Made by a program: the position numbers and the translations under genes. A stretch of 64,000 bases of DNA from Sphagnum compactum. Its lineage: Eukaryota. The notes below the pieces were generated by a model. That model was given only the letters and a program-made list of their open reading frames with translations. It was not told the origin of the DNA and did not search any database. Location of the stretch: assembly GCA_965153455.1 (NCBI GenBank), contig OZ234493.1, positions 28,634,213 through 28,698,212 on the forward strand, in the 5' to 3' direction. Each line of letters starts with the position of its first letter. The first letter of the stretch is position 1. Below, in pieces: positions 11,627 through 25,765 of this stretch.

Positions 11627-14600
11627 TCAGTCTTCATCCCCTTTCACATCCAGTGGATTGCCTGCAAGCCAGCTCCACACACCAGTGCTCTGCTGTTTTT
11701 GTACTGCTTGAACTGCAGCTTCGTCTGAGGCAGCCTTCTGACGTTGTAGAAGGTCCAGCTCCTTTTGCAATGTCTCCATAGATTGGAGCTTTTGTCTTAA
11801 TTCTGCAACATCCACCTGTGCATGCAATGTAGTATATTTAAGAGTGAGAATTTGCTGCAGTGAAGGACTTGACAGCTCTGATCACTGTCGGAGAGATCTC
11901 TCAACCCCTTTCACCTTGCTAATCTCAATCCATTTCACAAAAGGAACACCCAAATGCCTGAAATATTCTCTCCCTTGGAAAAACCACTCTCCCCTACTCT
12001 TCTGCCACATATTTCCTTTGTACATGGGTCCAAAAATAAATGAAATGTCAAGTACATAGCAAAGGCTCAGAAGAGTAAGACATTCTGGTACTTAAGAATG
12101 TTTCTTGCTCTTCCCAACTCTTGACACCAACCCAATTCATCCTCGAAAATGCTAGTAATGTTACCTCAAGGCGGAAAGACCTGGATTGCTCTGCTGCCAG
12201 CTGCTGACGCACTGAGTGCAGCTCCTACAAAACAATAGGAGATGTGAGGATGGTGTATGTATCTTCACTCAAAGTAGTGAGTGAAATTCACTTTCCATCC
12301 TCCAAAAATCTGCAGAGATCTTGCTTGGACAACAAAATCAATCAGTAAAATTCACTTACCCTATGCCACATGTGATCAAATTATAGTTTCAAACTAGTGA
12401 GAGCTGGGGAAGATTTGAGATAGGGATCAGACCTGTTCTAATTCAGATGAAGAAAACTGGGAGGCTGCAAGCTCATTCTGTAGCTTTGCACACTCAGCTT
12501 GTGCTGCTACAGTTGCTGCCTGCAATTCTTCATTCACTTTAAGGGCTAATGCCAGCTTCTCTCTTGTTGCCTGCAACTCCTCATTCTCTTTAAGGGCTAA
12601 TGCCAGCTTCTCTTGTGTTGCCTGCAACTCCTCATTCACTTTAAGGGCTAATGCCAGCTTCTCTCTTGTTGCAGGATCAGCTAAAACATGCTGCAAATCA
12701 TGCATGCGCAACACAAGCTAAGAAGCATGCTTATAGTGAAGAGGACTTAGCCTCCATGACACAATTGTGCATACTAGTTGTAGATGTCTGAAAAGGTGAG
12801 TTACAAATGGTACCTCTGACTCTTCTGTCGGCAGCTTCACAGCCATAGAATCTTGCACAGTCTCTGACACTTCTTTTGGCTCCACCACTGTCTCTTGTGG
12901 CTCTGGAGAGGATGATGATGATTTGCCATTGACCAGAGAACTATGTGCTGGTGGAGAAGGAGCCGCAACTGCTGTGGCTGCAGACACAGCTGCAGCTGCT
13001 GCAGCTGAAGACTCCAAAATCTTTGATTGTACCTTCTCTGCAGGAAATGTTCGAAATACATAAACCTGCAAAGTCATCATTCACTCAGTGCTCTCCTCAT
13101 TACACATCCTTGGGCACCCACTTGAAGGAAAACACAAAACACTCAAAAAAAGGGAGCAAAAGCTACACACCTGATTGTTGAAGTGTCCATTGTATCCACC
13201 AAATGCTAGTAAGGAGTCTTCCACGACCACAACACTCAAACCCTGTCATCACCATGAGAAGAACATGACTTTCTTGAGAATGAAATTCTGTATTCCTCGA
13301 ATTATTACAAGAAAAAGTGCAATTTCATGGCATCAAGAAACCTTCCCAGGACAGAGACTTCTGTTGTAACTGACTGGAGATGTTGAGCAGTAGTAGACTA
13401 CTAAACTGTAACAATAACAATTTTCCCAGCTAGGTGTCAGAACAATTTCAAAACTGCATAAAATAACCAGTATTCAAGAGATACAATGCTCACTTCACTG
13501 GCAACAGCTGCTCGTCCCTTCACTGTAGCTACTACTGACCACACCAAGGTATCCATGTTCAAAACTAGGGTGTCAGAAATGCCTGTTTCACCATCACACT
13601 CAGCTCAGGAGCAGCAACATTGCACAAAAGATTCGTCCTAGAATCACAGAAGCTTGCTAAAACCCTTGAGGTCATTTGAATGGAAAAAACACTGCTACAA
13701 GAAAACCATAAAACTCTGCCTCCTTTTCTTTGGTGTCAGATCATATCAGACATAACTAATGTTTAAAGAAATCCAATCCAATCCAAACCAATCCTTGTGA
13801 AAGACAGAACATGGACTGGGGTAGATGGAGGATACAAAAGAAGGGGAGGCATCGCAAATACCACTCTTGTTGTCTCCACCACCAATGATGTACAAACTGT
13901 TGCCAATAGTTGCACCAGCATGCCCAGCACGTGGTGACGGTACTGTACCTCCTGTCTGAGCTTGTGACCACTCCATCTGCCAATCCTCATTACACCACAG
14001 CCAATCAACCATCCACCTTCAGACATTGCAGAACATGGTTCCATTTGATTGCAGAACATGCCCAAAGACAAGATGATGCCAATATTTTCCAAGTGGATGA
14101 CCACCATGTTCCATTCCTTTTGGTTTCTGCCAGGGTGCAATCAGAATGGGTACTTCCATGGAGCTTGTCCATTCAGTGTTCCAAGTAAAACCCATAGTGA
14201 GAACAAAAAGAACCAAGGCCTCCTCCCAAGTAGAAACTTAGCATTGTATGGCAACAGACACAATCTGGACAATAGCATTGATGGAGATCACAGTTGAGTG
14301 TAGCAATTGATACACAATTAGGCTCCTATCAAGCCATACATCTCAAGCATTCTACATGGGCATTGTGTCAGTAAAATGGGCATTTCGTCATAGCTACTGC
14401 AAGGAGGGGGGGAGAGAACAAATTACACTATCAAGGTCAAGCACATATAGGTCATTGTAGCAGCTAGAATGTGAACCACCACCAAATAAGAAAAGATAAC
14501 GGTCTCCATGAGCTGCTGCAACATGGTCTGAACGTGGAGATGGTCGTGTCCCACTGCAGCAAACCCAACATCACAGCTACAGTCAGAAAAACAAGGTTTC

Positions 14601-17600
14601 CATGCAGTTGAAAGAGGTAAGATGGAGGGCAACTTGCCTTCAAGATGTGCTGAGGCTAGCTGCTCAGACACAAGACACACACACTAACCAGCTAGAATTA
14701 TATGAAGCTGGTATGTGAGAACATGAGAGCGTGCAAACACAATCACAATGCAGTTACCATGGGATGGAGTGTACCTTGTATCAACAGCTTTCCATGTCAA
14801 TGTTTCCAAGTCCAGAATGTTGAGATCATTCATAAGGCGCCTCTTGGAATCCTCTCCTCCAAACATAACTAAGGTTGAACCCACAAGTGTCACTGATTGG
14901 CCACCACGTGCAATCTGAAGCCCCAAAAAAAAAGCACCCTTCTTAGTCTCTGTAAGACTTGACCTTTGCATATGGCACAATGGACCAAAGTCATGGAAGA
15001 GAGCAGAGCAAGGGAAACCTTACAGGAGTCTTGCCATGGACATCAAGAATGGTCCAGGTCATAGTATGTGTATCAAAAGCACGCACTGCATGCACACCCA
15101 AAGGACACACAGCACACAGTAGTTAGAACTAACATTCAGACAGTCAAAACTGCTTGAGGCACACAAAAAAGAAAATAAATCCAGTTCAGAATATAACCAC
15201 AGTATATATTTATATACCCTGAGGGTAATCGCCCCACCTGTTACAGTATCTACGGGTTCTTTTGAATGGCCAGCCACTGCAAGCAGCTTTGTGCCCCACC
15301 GAATCTGTACAAAAACATAATTCAGAATGCACTGGTTTCCAAAACACTGCTACCGTAGGGATTTGCAACAAACATGAGAAGACGACAGGGTTAAAAAAGG
15401 ATTTTCCAAAATCAAAATCCTTGAAGCTGCAGATGGGTCCTTGACCAATACACCTAACTGTGTAGATGACATACCAGGCTATGTCCTGCACATGGAGGGA
15501 ACCAAGAGGACAATTGTTTCTGCTGTTCTGAAAGAGGTGACTGAGGAACTTTCTCCACCTTCGACCATTCAAAAGTTTTCAGATCAAGAAACTGCAGATA
15601 GCAAAACACCCACATGAGCAACAAAACTGGGGGTCTAAGATTTTAACTTGGGAAAACCATAGGGAATCATCATGGTCGTAAAATCTTGTAACAAGTTCCT
15701 CAGTCTTTGGAAATCAAACATCAAAAGATGTGTAGTGTTGTGAAAAAATGACTTGTGTACCTGCACATCATTTAAGTAGCGACCATTGTGATTGCCTCCG
15801 ATGACATATAGCTTATTATTTACAACTTCTGCTGCATGCTGCAAGTTCAAGTACCCACCCAAACATTCAGCAAAACTCAACATTAGTCCGCATCCTGCAA
15901 TGTGAATGTACTGAACACTGACCCAAATCTGAGTCTCAGACAACCATAATCCCCTAAACACCTCTCCAACCAAATTTGCTCTCTCCAGACATTCACTGAG
16001 CATTTTGGACCAAAAGCATGATGAGAAGCCTTTTGACCTAACGAAAACACTGCCAGTCATCAATGCCTTCACCCAGAACATCAGAGGTAATTCTGCCGCT
16101 GAGGACTGGTCTCAACCATACACTCTTGAGAAACAGTTTGACAGATTTATCCAAACAGAAGGGACAACCATAGTTGTTCATCACCTGGTAGCGAGCTGCT
16201 GGTCTTCGACCGGTCACAGTTGGCAACACCCACTCATTGTAAACAGGAATTGCCCTCACTCCCTCTGCAACTTCCTCCACTTCTGTGGTGTTGAAAACTC
16301 CATTTAGTTTCAAGAGGCCATTTGATGCAGGTGGAGCCTCTACAACAGGCATCTCATCATCCACTTTATCCTCCCCATTCAACTCCACTGCCACAACCAG
16401 CTTCTCATTCTCTGTTTCTCCTTGTACAGCAGGTTCTGAGTCCACAATAGGAGGGGGTGGCTGGAAGATATCATATATCATTAGTGGGCGAAATGACCAT
16501 GATACACGTTTGACATGGCATCTGCCAGCTGATCAAGACACCTATCTAGATGGAACAGAAAATGGTACATCAAAGCTACAGATCAGAAAAAAAATAAAAT
16601 TACTTTACTAGTCCAATGATGAACAGCAACCTACATCATTCCACACGACCTCTTTGTCTTGCTCTTGAGCTTTTGACCACCAGCTAGGATCCTCCTCCTA
16701 TCAGGACAAGCAGACAAGGAGAGAGACATGAGCCAATAGGGAATAAAACTGTGCAGATATGAATTACAAATGTGAGGTAAGCTTCAATTCAACCATACAC
16801 AAAAGCACTTCTCAACCTGTAAAAATCACCCTCTTTCATGGTGGGAAAAATGGTACTGAAAACAAAATACAGTGTGTGCAGAACCCAACAACCTCTAGTG
16901 TTCGAATGAAGAGCCTCATAGCCTCCATTGAGTCCATCCGTCCCAGTTGGTTCCAACTACAAAAGAAACCCAAAACAATCATAGAACAGAATCAGCAGCA
17001 ACTAAAAACCTGCAGAGCCCTCAGTAGATCTCAATGTGATGGTGAAAAAAAATGCTAAGAAACATGTAAGGTACCATATGACACAGATGTTGTACCTTGT
17101 CCATTTTGCAAGATCAATCACATTCCAACTCCAAGGTTTCGGCACGTTGCAAGGTCCCACTGTTGCCTGCTCAGATTAAGAACACTCCCAACTTCTCAAC
17201 CTTTGTAACACCACTTCCTCTGATCTGTACTTCTCTAAACATGCAGTTTTCAATGCAATCCTTTTGAGTGTCTCCTTGCTGCCAAAAAGTCCTTGCATGC
17301 TAGGAGCTTGCAGTTCCATCACAATGAAATTTCCATAAAATGGTCTTATCCCAAGGAATAAGAGCCCTATAACACACAACCATAGGACTGCTGGGAATAC
17401 AGCATCTGCCAGGATATCCAAATCAATTTGCTCCTTGAAGGAGAAGGACCCAGCAGCAGACCTGTTTGTAAAGCCCATAAAGGAGAAGGGTGGTGTCATC
17501 TGACAACCCAAGAGATGATGACTTGAGTGAATCAACATTGCCAGGTGAAGATGCAGAAAACCCTGCATATGCTGCTCCAGCATAAAACCGATCTGGATAC

Positions 17601-17635
17601 GGCAATGTTGCTGCTGCCATCCCCACAGTCGTCAT
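11627..17635 (-). CDS. ACBP4: Acyl-CoA-binding domain protein with kelch repeats and a C-terminal coiled coil (class IV ACBP, ACBP4/5-like); about 18 exons
   Basis: ACB domain: LPYPDRFY...LLYGLYKQ|ATVGPCNVPKPWSW...MEAMRLFIRTLE|EEDPSWW (exons 17635-17462, 17166-17096, 16956-16893, 16697-16650). Kelch motifs LYVIGGNHNGRYLNDVQ, RGGQSVTLVGSTLVMFGGED, PRSDHVAA, PRAGHAGATIG, AFGGYNG. C-terminus VDVAELRQKLQSMETLQKELDLLQRQKAAS...GVWSWLAG. An alternative ATG lies at 17620. Confidence 0.95.
12520..12672 (-). repeat. 51-bp x3 in-frame tandem repeat inside an ACBP4 exon
   Basis: Units 12520-12570, 12571-12621 and 12622-12672 encode ATREKLALALKVNEELQ / ATQEKLALALKENEELQ / ATREKLALALKVNEELQ. Confidence 0.95.
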
Positions 17636-19169
17636 CGTTCTACCCCCACCTACTACGCATATGTGGAACTGCTGATCTCCAAGCTTCAGATCCAGCAGCC
17701 ACACCAGCTGTATCCCCCTTTATGCTCACCTTCTGGCTAGCTTTGATAGGAGGAACTGATCAATCTTGAGTGGGAAGAATTCAAAGTCTGCACCTTTCTG
17801 CAAGTAGGAAAAACCATAGTTTGAGAGAGGAATGAAGGAGGATTGGAAGCTTAATCTCTACACACTCTGCTATTCCTGTCTGAGCTGCTTCTCAGGTGTA
17901 GAATTAGCATTGAGCTGACTGTTGTGATGTCATTTTTTTCATCCCTGGAAATGGCTGCCTCTTCCAGGATTTGGTCTGACAACAAAGCAAACTTTTTTTC
18001 TGAATGCAGTTCCATTGGTCATCAACAACATACCCAAATGTGAAGGGATAGAATTCTTCCACCAGGGGAAGAAGAACATTGCCATTTATGCATGCATGCA
18101 AGCATTCCACCAAAAACACAAGGACAAAGCTCACCAGGTGACTGACTGACACAAAGGACAACAAGTCCTCCAAAACCATAACAGCTCTTGTACACTTGCA
18201 TCATAGATTTTCTCCCCACCCACCCACAGAGATCTTGTTCTCTTTTAACTGCTGCAAAAATCACTGCAAAAATTAGGGTTACCGATCTCTACCAGATCCA
18301 AGTAACAAGATGCAAATGGGTGCTCTCAGTCTTCCTTTCTCTTGCACCAGATGCAAATGGGTACTCTTAGCTTTCCATATTCTTGAAGAATCTGCAAAAA
18401 TCTGCACTTCTCCATTCCACCCCCAACCCACCCACCCACTGTCCATCCATCCAGCTTCTCCGCTCCTCTCCCAAACCACTAACCAGACAAGACAAAAAAA
18501 AAAAAAAAGACAGACAGAGACAAACAGACATCACAAAAACACAAACCCATTTCCCCATTCTATTTTGTTGTTGAAGTGCTGTGTTTGATTTTTACCTCTC
18601 AACGAACTGCCTTCCTTCCTTCCTTGTTCTCCTCTCAAAGCTCCACCACTTCCTACACTTCAGATTTTCTTTCTCTTCTTTCCACCCCCACAAACACACA
18701 CACATGCTCTCTTCTGCTCAGCTCTGTTCTGCTCCTCACAGAATGAATGAATGAATGAAATGGGTTCCTTAGCTTTTTTGCCCCCACTACGACAATTTCA
18801 TTTTTCGTGAGTTTTCTTTTTGTTTTTTTTGTTGGGGAGGGAGTATTGGGTCTTGTTTTTTTTGGGTTTTTTTCTTTTGTGTGTGTGTTTTATTGGGGGG
18901 GGGAGGGGTATTGAAGGTTTTTCAGGGTGCGTACGGAAGACTCTAACGCCTTATTCTTCGTCTTCTTGCCCTTTCCAACTCATTTCCTTTCCCACTTACT
19001 TTGGGGCTCCCTAAATGTACACTCAGCGTTAGTGGACTTTTTGGGCATGTTTTCTTCAAGTCTTCATTACTAGGTCCTAGCTACTTTAGTTTCTTTTTCT
19101 CTCTTTTTTTAATTTCAAGAATTTTTATTTTATTTATTTAAAATTTTTTTTGTGTGGGTGTGCCAATTT

Positions 19170-19295
19170 TGTGATGTTGCTCAAGTGATGATGATCATCC
19201 ATAAGAAGTATATTTAGCCAAATTTGATGATATTCAAAATTTAAAAGTACGAAATTTTAAGCATGCTTTCATTATTATTTAGGCAATTGTGGTGA
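19170..19295 (+). repeat. Short dispersed repeat family; related copies near 20925-21050, 35095-35190 and 61485-61620
   Basis: Shared core (GTGATGTTGCTCA)...ATCATCCATAAG..TATTTAGCCAAATTTG..A.TATT.AAAATATGAAAGTA.AAA.T.TTAA.CAT.CTTT. Confidence 0.6.
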
Positions 19296-22220
19296 TTTTA
19301 TTTTTCTTGAGTAGTAGACAAATAACCTTTTTTTTCCCAAAAACACTACTTTGGAAGAATAACATTTTTGAGAGAATAATATATTTTTCTTCCAAAATAG
19401 TTTTTCACAAAGTAGTGAATTCTGTGAAATTTTTTGCCAACCCAACCAAATTTTCAGATTTGTTCAGCCTGAAAAATATAATTCCAACACATTCAAGGAT
19501 TTTTTGTTGAAAAAAAAAGGTCCCCAATTCACCAGATTAGAGAATGGGTTTATTATATATAAAATAATCACCAGATTTCTAAAAAACATATTCTAACACT
19601 AACCAAAATATAAAAAAAGGGATTCTAAAAGGAACTCTACTTTCATATGTGTTGTGTATAAGTCAAATTGAAACCCCGACTTTTTATCCAAACAAATTTG
19701 GTTCAATTCTCACAAATTTACAATTAATAATGTTCCCATGTGTGACATGCTTGTTAAAATTATTTCCCAATATAACATTTAACACAAAGGAAAAGAGATA
19801 AACATTTACAACCAATTTGTCAAGCACTCGGAAGTTATGGGGTTTGGTTGGGGAGAAGGGACTATAGCTGCAATAGGGTTGTTGTCCATGCAACTCTTAG
19901 TATTTGGACCTTTGGTGCCATGATTTTTTTCCCTTGACATAATAACAATAATAATGGGGGGATGGAGGGGGGGAGGGGTTAAAGAAGAGAGGAACTACGT
20001 GCTTGACAAGCAAATGGCACAAAGGGCAAAAGGATCCTCTTAGGAGGTGAGGCCAAAAGGCATATGCTTCATTTGATCCCTCATAAAATAGTGGGTACCA
20101 AAATTGGTTGATATAGGTAGTAGTAGTTCTTCATGAAAGGTTCAAAGGGCTTTGTCAATGTTGATTGAGTGAAGAAGCAAATTAGGTCCAACCTAGTGTT
20201 GGCCGGTTATTGAAAAAGGCACCCCGGGTATCAACCTAGGTGTCGATAACTTATTGATCAATTATTCATTTTTTTTGAAATTTGATAAATGACTTATTCA
20301 TCTAGTATTGAAATTTTTAAATTTTAATAATTTGACCCAGTATTTTAATAAACACTAAACATGTCTATGATAGAAAAAAATGAAAATAATAAATAATAAA
20401 ATCTTATAATCAGCATATAATTGGCAATATAGTCAATGGTTCTCAACTAGGGTATTTGATAACCAACTCTTATGAGTAATTAATTATTGTTACCCAAAAA
20501 AAACCAACCCCCAAGTAAATTGACAGTTGAGAGTATTATTTTGATAATGAAATTAATAATTGGCATTTCTAAATTCTTTTAAAATTTTCATAACCTACTC
20601 CGCCAGTTATTTGCCAAAAAGCAGTAACCAACTAACACTGGTTTAAACTTCAAACCAATGTTGGGTGAGTATTAACTTTTGAACATGCCACTTGGTATAA
20701 TATCGGCAATAGGTTGCAAGGCTAATTTTTGGGAGGTATGAGGCAAATATATATACCTGGCTATTGAGAGTGGTATAACCTTTAATATGAAGTTGGTAAC
20801 CTTAATATTACCTCTCAAGACCCTACTAGGCAAGTATTGATACAAGGTTAGTATTACTTCATGTCACTAGGCAAGCATTTTTTAAGAAGAACCCACAACA
20901 AGCAATGTTTTTTAATTCCATCTTGTGATGTTGCTCACCAACTTGCAATAATCCATAAGCATATTTAGCCAAGTTTGGCAATATTCAAAATATGAAAATA
21001 GAAAATCTTAAGCGCTTTTTTGTATTGTAAGCAATTGTGGCAATTTTTGAAATAAAATGCTCTATTTTGGCAAGCTTATTTCTTTTTAAAACAGGAAATT
21101 TTTGACAGAATATTCTTTTATCCAAACAGTTTTCACAAAATGAAGAAAATTAGCCACCAAAAAAATTGATGGCAACCAAAGGTTCAAAAATGCGAAGAAT
21201 TGATCTCATAATTTTACAAGAAATTGAATCAAAGTAAAAAATAACTAATGGGAACCAAAACCATAAAGTCCATCAAGTTTTTTTTTTAATTTCAAGAACT
21301 TGAACTAGAAATTATCTTCAAAGATGTTGCAATTGTATGTCAAGGTTGTGCATACAAGTTCTTTTTTAATAGTTTGGAGAAAATGCCTTGTTTACATAAG
21401 TAATTGAAATCTCAATATCAATTTCTAGTTGTCATTCGAAACACAAATCGTTCTCAAAGTCAATAGGCAACTGCTAACAACCTTAAAATAATGTGCAATG
21501 GAACATTTATTGAAACTACTATGAACAAAAAAAAATAACATATTTTGTTTGCATGAATGATAATCTTTGGTTATCCATAACTTGTTTTGACCTAGGTTTA
21601 TGGTTAGCTATGTATCAAAATTTGGTAGGTAAACAATCCATTTATAGATGTTTGTGTTTGAAATACATTTGTAAATATTTGTTTTGAATTTTTTAAATGA
21701 TGTTTTTTCAATGTAAATAAAAAGAGGAGGAAGAAAACTTCAAAGGGAAAACTATGAGTTAAAGAAGGAGAAATTTGAAAATAATTGCCATGGCAACTTC
21801 CTAGTACCATGGCAAGTTCAATATTTTAGTGTGAAATAATCACTTTTATTTTATATTATTTTATTTCAAAAGTAGAATATTTTAAAATATTTCATATGTT
21901 CTTTCACAAAATTTTGAATTTTTGAATTTTTTTTTTATGGTATTACAAAAAGGAAGAAAGAGAAGGATTGTTCATGATCCCAAATGTTGATGGGTATGAT
22001 CTACATTTTTATCATTTGTGGGTGTTGTGTAAAAGGTGTTATTGATGTTGTGTCATGGGTGTTGTCGGGCACACAATTTATCATTCAATATTTGAAAGTT
22101 TTTTGGGCATGCATTATTAGTACATGGATCCATGTGGGTTCCGTGGCAAAAGATTGATCAAAAAAATTTGTGACTTTTGGTGGGATGGTGATCTTTGCAT
22201 CCCTAATTTTGTTGCCATCC

Positions 22221-23247
22221 ATGTGGCCAACATTTCCAACAGTGCCAAAGTCGGTCAATCTGATAATCACAACATCACTAATAAATAAATATGCATTTCA
22301 TGCCTCTTGAAATGGGTGAAAATCTAGACCTTTTTATTACCTTTCATTTGTCAAAAGTTGAACAAAAAGAACATCGCCTCAAGCTTTTGGTCTAGCATTG
22401 TATTCCTCTTCGTCAACAAATGTATATGGATAATTAGGTTATTGATTTCCTTGGCCTAGTTCAAGTGCATTGTTGTTGGTGTCCCCAAAAATGTCCTCAA
22501 TGTTTTTTTCGTGCATTCACCAAACAAATCAAAAAATTCTTGGATAATTACTTTATCTCCATCTAAATGAAGTGGGTAGTAATGAACATTCTTCTTGTGA
22601 TTCATTCATGAGTATCTTGGGTTGAAGGTACTTTTCTGTTCCCATATCTTGTCCATCCTGCTCTTTTCATGGTTGTTTATTACAATTTTCATCATTTTTT
22701 TATCTTCTTGTAAACTCTATTGAGCAGGGCCACATTTTTGGTCATGACCCCCTGGACTTTTGAATTCCAACCACTTGCAATTGACATACTAGAGCAAGGG
22801 ATCAAGGTTGTGGAGGAAGACGTTTTCTATAATTGAACCGATAGCAACAATATGAAATTCTCAAGTTTTGGGAAACCATTTAATGCTACCAAGAGATGCA
22901 TGCTCTCATGCTTCAAACGTTGATTGGAGCTTGTTCAAAGTTTGGATCCCTTGTTGTTGACTTTGCACATCAACTTGTATATACTATTTTAGACTTGTTA
23001 TTGTTGCATTTGAATTTCATTTTAGATTTTTTTAACATTTGTTTATTTACAAGCAATAATGTGTGAGCATGTCAAAATCTTGGTTGACATTTATTTGCAT
23101 TTAAAGGAGATTAAGAGGTCTTCGATGAGGTTTTTCATCATCTTTTTCAGAACAAAAGATCTCGAAGTGAAAATTTGCCAAAACACACCTTGATATTTAA
23201 TTCACCTATCCATAAACGCTCCAAGAGTTATTTTGGATTGTGAATAA
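22221..23247 (+). pseudogene. Degenerate, intron-containing beta-class N4-cytosine/N6-adenine DNA methyltransferase-like relic
   Basis: Manual translation: PKSVNLIIT at 22245 resembles the SVDLIITDPPY motif IV context, with the catalytic tetrapeptide lost. GT-AG intron 22628-22727. EMHALMLQTLIGACSKFGSLVVDFA-(fs)-ST at 22893-22976, then an intron, then NNV*ACQNLG*HLFAFKGD*EVFDEV at 23055-23132. This matches K..LL..LI...S..G..VLD.F.GSG....A...LGR..IG.E.D. Several frameshifts and stops. Confidence 0.65.
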
Positions 23248-25199
23248 GTTTGAACTTTCCATCAAATTTTTCTTTCTATTTTTTTATATTGGATCTAGAT
23301 GAACTAATGACCTCTCTTCCCTCCTAGTGCAAAGGTGCGTCCCTTTTTCGTTCATGATGATTTCTTTGCAAGCCCCCTTTCAAGCCCCAATTGCTTTCAT
23401 ATGCTGAAGCTTATGTTCAGATATTGGCAACTTATCCTTCTCCTTTCTCTTCCTTTGTTCCCCAATCTTATAACAAATTTGTTATGCACTTTATAGATTT
23501 TGAGGCAATTGAGTGATAAACAATTGTCACTTGTATTTTCGCTTTGTTTCATTACAAGATTTGGATTTGGATTTCTTTTTTTATAATCCTTTTGGTTGTA
23601 ACTTATGCATTCAATGGATACATCACCATTGAATAATTTTCATACATTGTATGTATTTTTCACTTCATTTGAATAAAAGTTTTTCCCTTTCCTTTTTCCT
23701 TGCCAAAGTCGTTGTCTTCAAAACAATTAATAGTCACAGAACTAACACCCACATATGCACCATCCATTGCATGGCTATTATTATTCAGTTGTGGATGAAC
23801 CTCAATTGAGTTCATATTTGATTTCACTTTGGTAAACCAATTCTATAAGTAGATGGTCTATACTTAGGAAATTTCAATATTTGTTTTACAAAACCCAATC
23901 TTCTTGCCTCAATTCGTGAACATCCCCGTGCCTTCATTCCGATTCTTTGGGACCACAAGATAATGTTGACTTTCATATTCCCAAGTCAAAATCTAATTCA
24001 AGAGTATAAATTTTGAATTCGAATATGCACCAATTATTGAATATTAAACAATATTACTCCTCTTTGTTACAATTGTCATATTGTATCACAATTAGTTGTG
24101 TTTAAAATATGACCTGGTAGCAAATGCTAAAGGGGGACTAGCATGGTGTCATCTCGTGAATATTCCAAAGGTTTTTTTTGTCATTTCACAATTCTATAGA
24201 TAATACGTTTGAGATTAACGAATATTCAATTATAGATTCCAAGGTGTTTGGTGTGACAATTGGTGTCAAATTTTTTTTTGCCATTATAGAATAGAAGTTT
24301 AACAATTGCAAACGCATGGTTAAAGTAGAAAGGATACAATTATGCAGTATGGGTGGAGAGAATGCAAATTGAAATATAGATCATGCAAATTAATAATAGA
24401 GGGGAAACAATGCAATTTGATTACATAAGTGATAAGAATGGTCCTTGGTGCAAGAGGTTAAAAAATGAATGAAAATTAAAATAGTTTTAAATGGTATTAA
24501 TAATGTAAGGTGTCATGGGTTATATACTTCATATTGTCTCAATTCATAATGGTCACAGACCTCTTTGTGGTGAATAGGTAGTGTTTGGATTGGTACATAC
24601 CTCATGATGGGTCAACATGTTTATATGCCATTGAATTGGATTTAATTAAAATTTCTATATGGTTTAAATGTTGCAAAGCTTGAATATACTTCGTATTAAG
24701 GAAATTTGAAGTACAAATTGAAGTATGACATGAGCATTTCATGTGAAGAATTTTACAAAATAAACCAACGTAAATTTCTTCCGCCCTATTTTTTTTGTTC
24801 AATTTGTCACAAAAATACGTATGGTGCCAACATTCATTAAAAAATTCATCCTTTTGTTTTCATCCATTAATATCATTCATCCATAAACACGTGACATAAT
24901 ATTCTTTCACATCACCAAATGTTTTGTCCTAGGTGTCAAAGAATATTCTTTGAATATTTTGTCGACATTGATAGAATATGTTTTTAAAGTTTTGGTCATG
25001 TTCACTTGCTCACGTTCATGATCGTAGACTCATGAAATAACATCCTTGCCATATGGCAATTGAAAAGATTGAATGTGTTTACTACACCCATCCAACCCAC
25101 CCATATGGTTTGTAAACTTGAAAGGGAAAAAAAACAATATGGGATAAAATTTTAGTTATAGCCTAGTTGTATAATTATATCCCAGTGGCAACTATTCCT

Positions 25200-25765
25200 T
25201 AGCACATACTATTACATAGCCTACCTACTAAGTAACATAGGTTTTTACTAGGTACCTATTTAGATAATATTTATTTTAAGTACATATTTAGATAACTTTT
25301 AAATAATTATTTAAATAGCCTATTAGGTAGCTAGTGGGTATGTAGGTATGTATGTAGGTACTTAGTAAGTAGGTAGGGAACACTAAATAGGTAGCTAGGT
25401 TTGTGGGAAATAGGTATTTACTACATAGGTACATAATGAGTAAAGATTAAGTACTTTCTAAGCAGGTAGGTAAGTAGATAAACAATACATAAATAGGTAG
25501 GTAGGAGGTAGGTAAGTAAATAAATAGGACATAGGTAGGTAGGTAGATAAATAATATATAGGTAGGTATGTAAGAGGCAGGTGGGAAGGTACCTAGTAAT
25601 TAAATAAGTAGGTATGTACATGATAAATAGATAGGTAGGGTGCATGTACATAAAAAGTAAATAGGTAAGTATGTATGTAATAGGTCGGTAGGTAAGTAGG
25701 TTCCTAATAATTATATAGGTAGGTATGTACATAATAGGTAGGTACATAATAGGTATATATATGAC
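25200..25765. repeat. Degenerate (TAGG)n-derived simple-sequence array
   Basis: Recurrent AGGTAGGTAAGTAGGT/ATAGGT motifs over ~550 bp. Confidence 0.85.

Noticed and set aside
23055-23115. RNA editing or read-through rescuing the stops in the methyltransferase and TET/JBP relics
   Set aside because: Frameshifts co-occur and the locus is nuclear. C-to-T and G-to-A decay is the simpler explanation.
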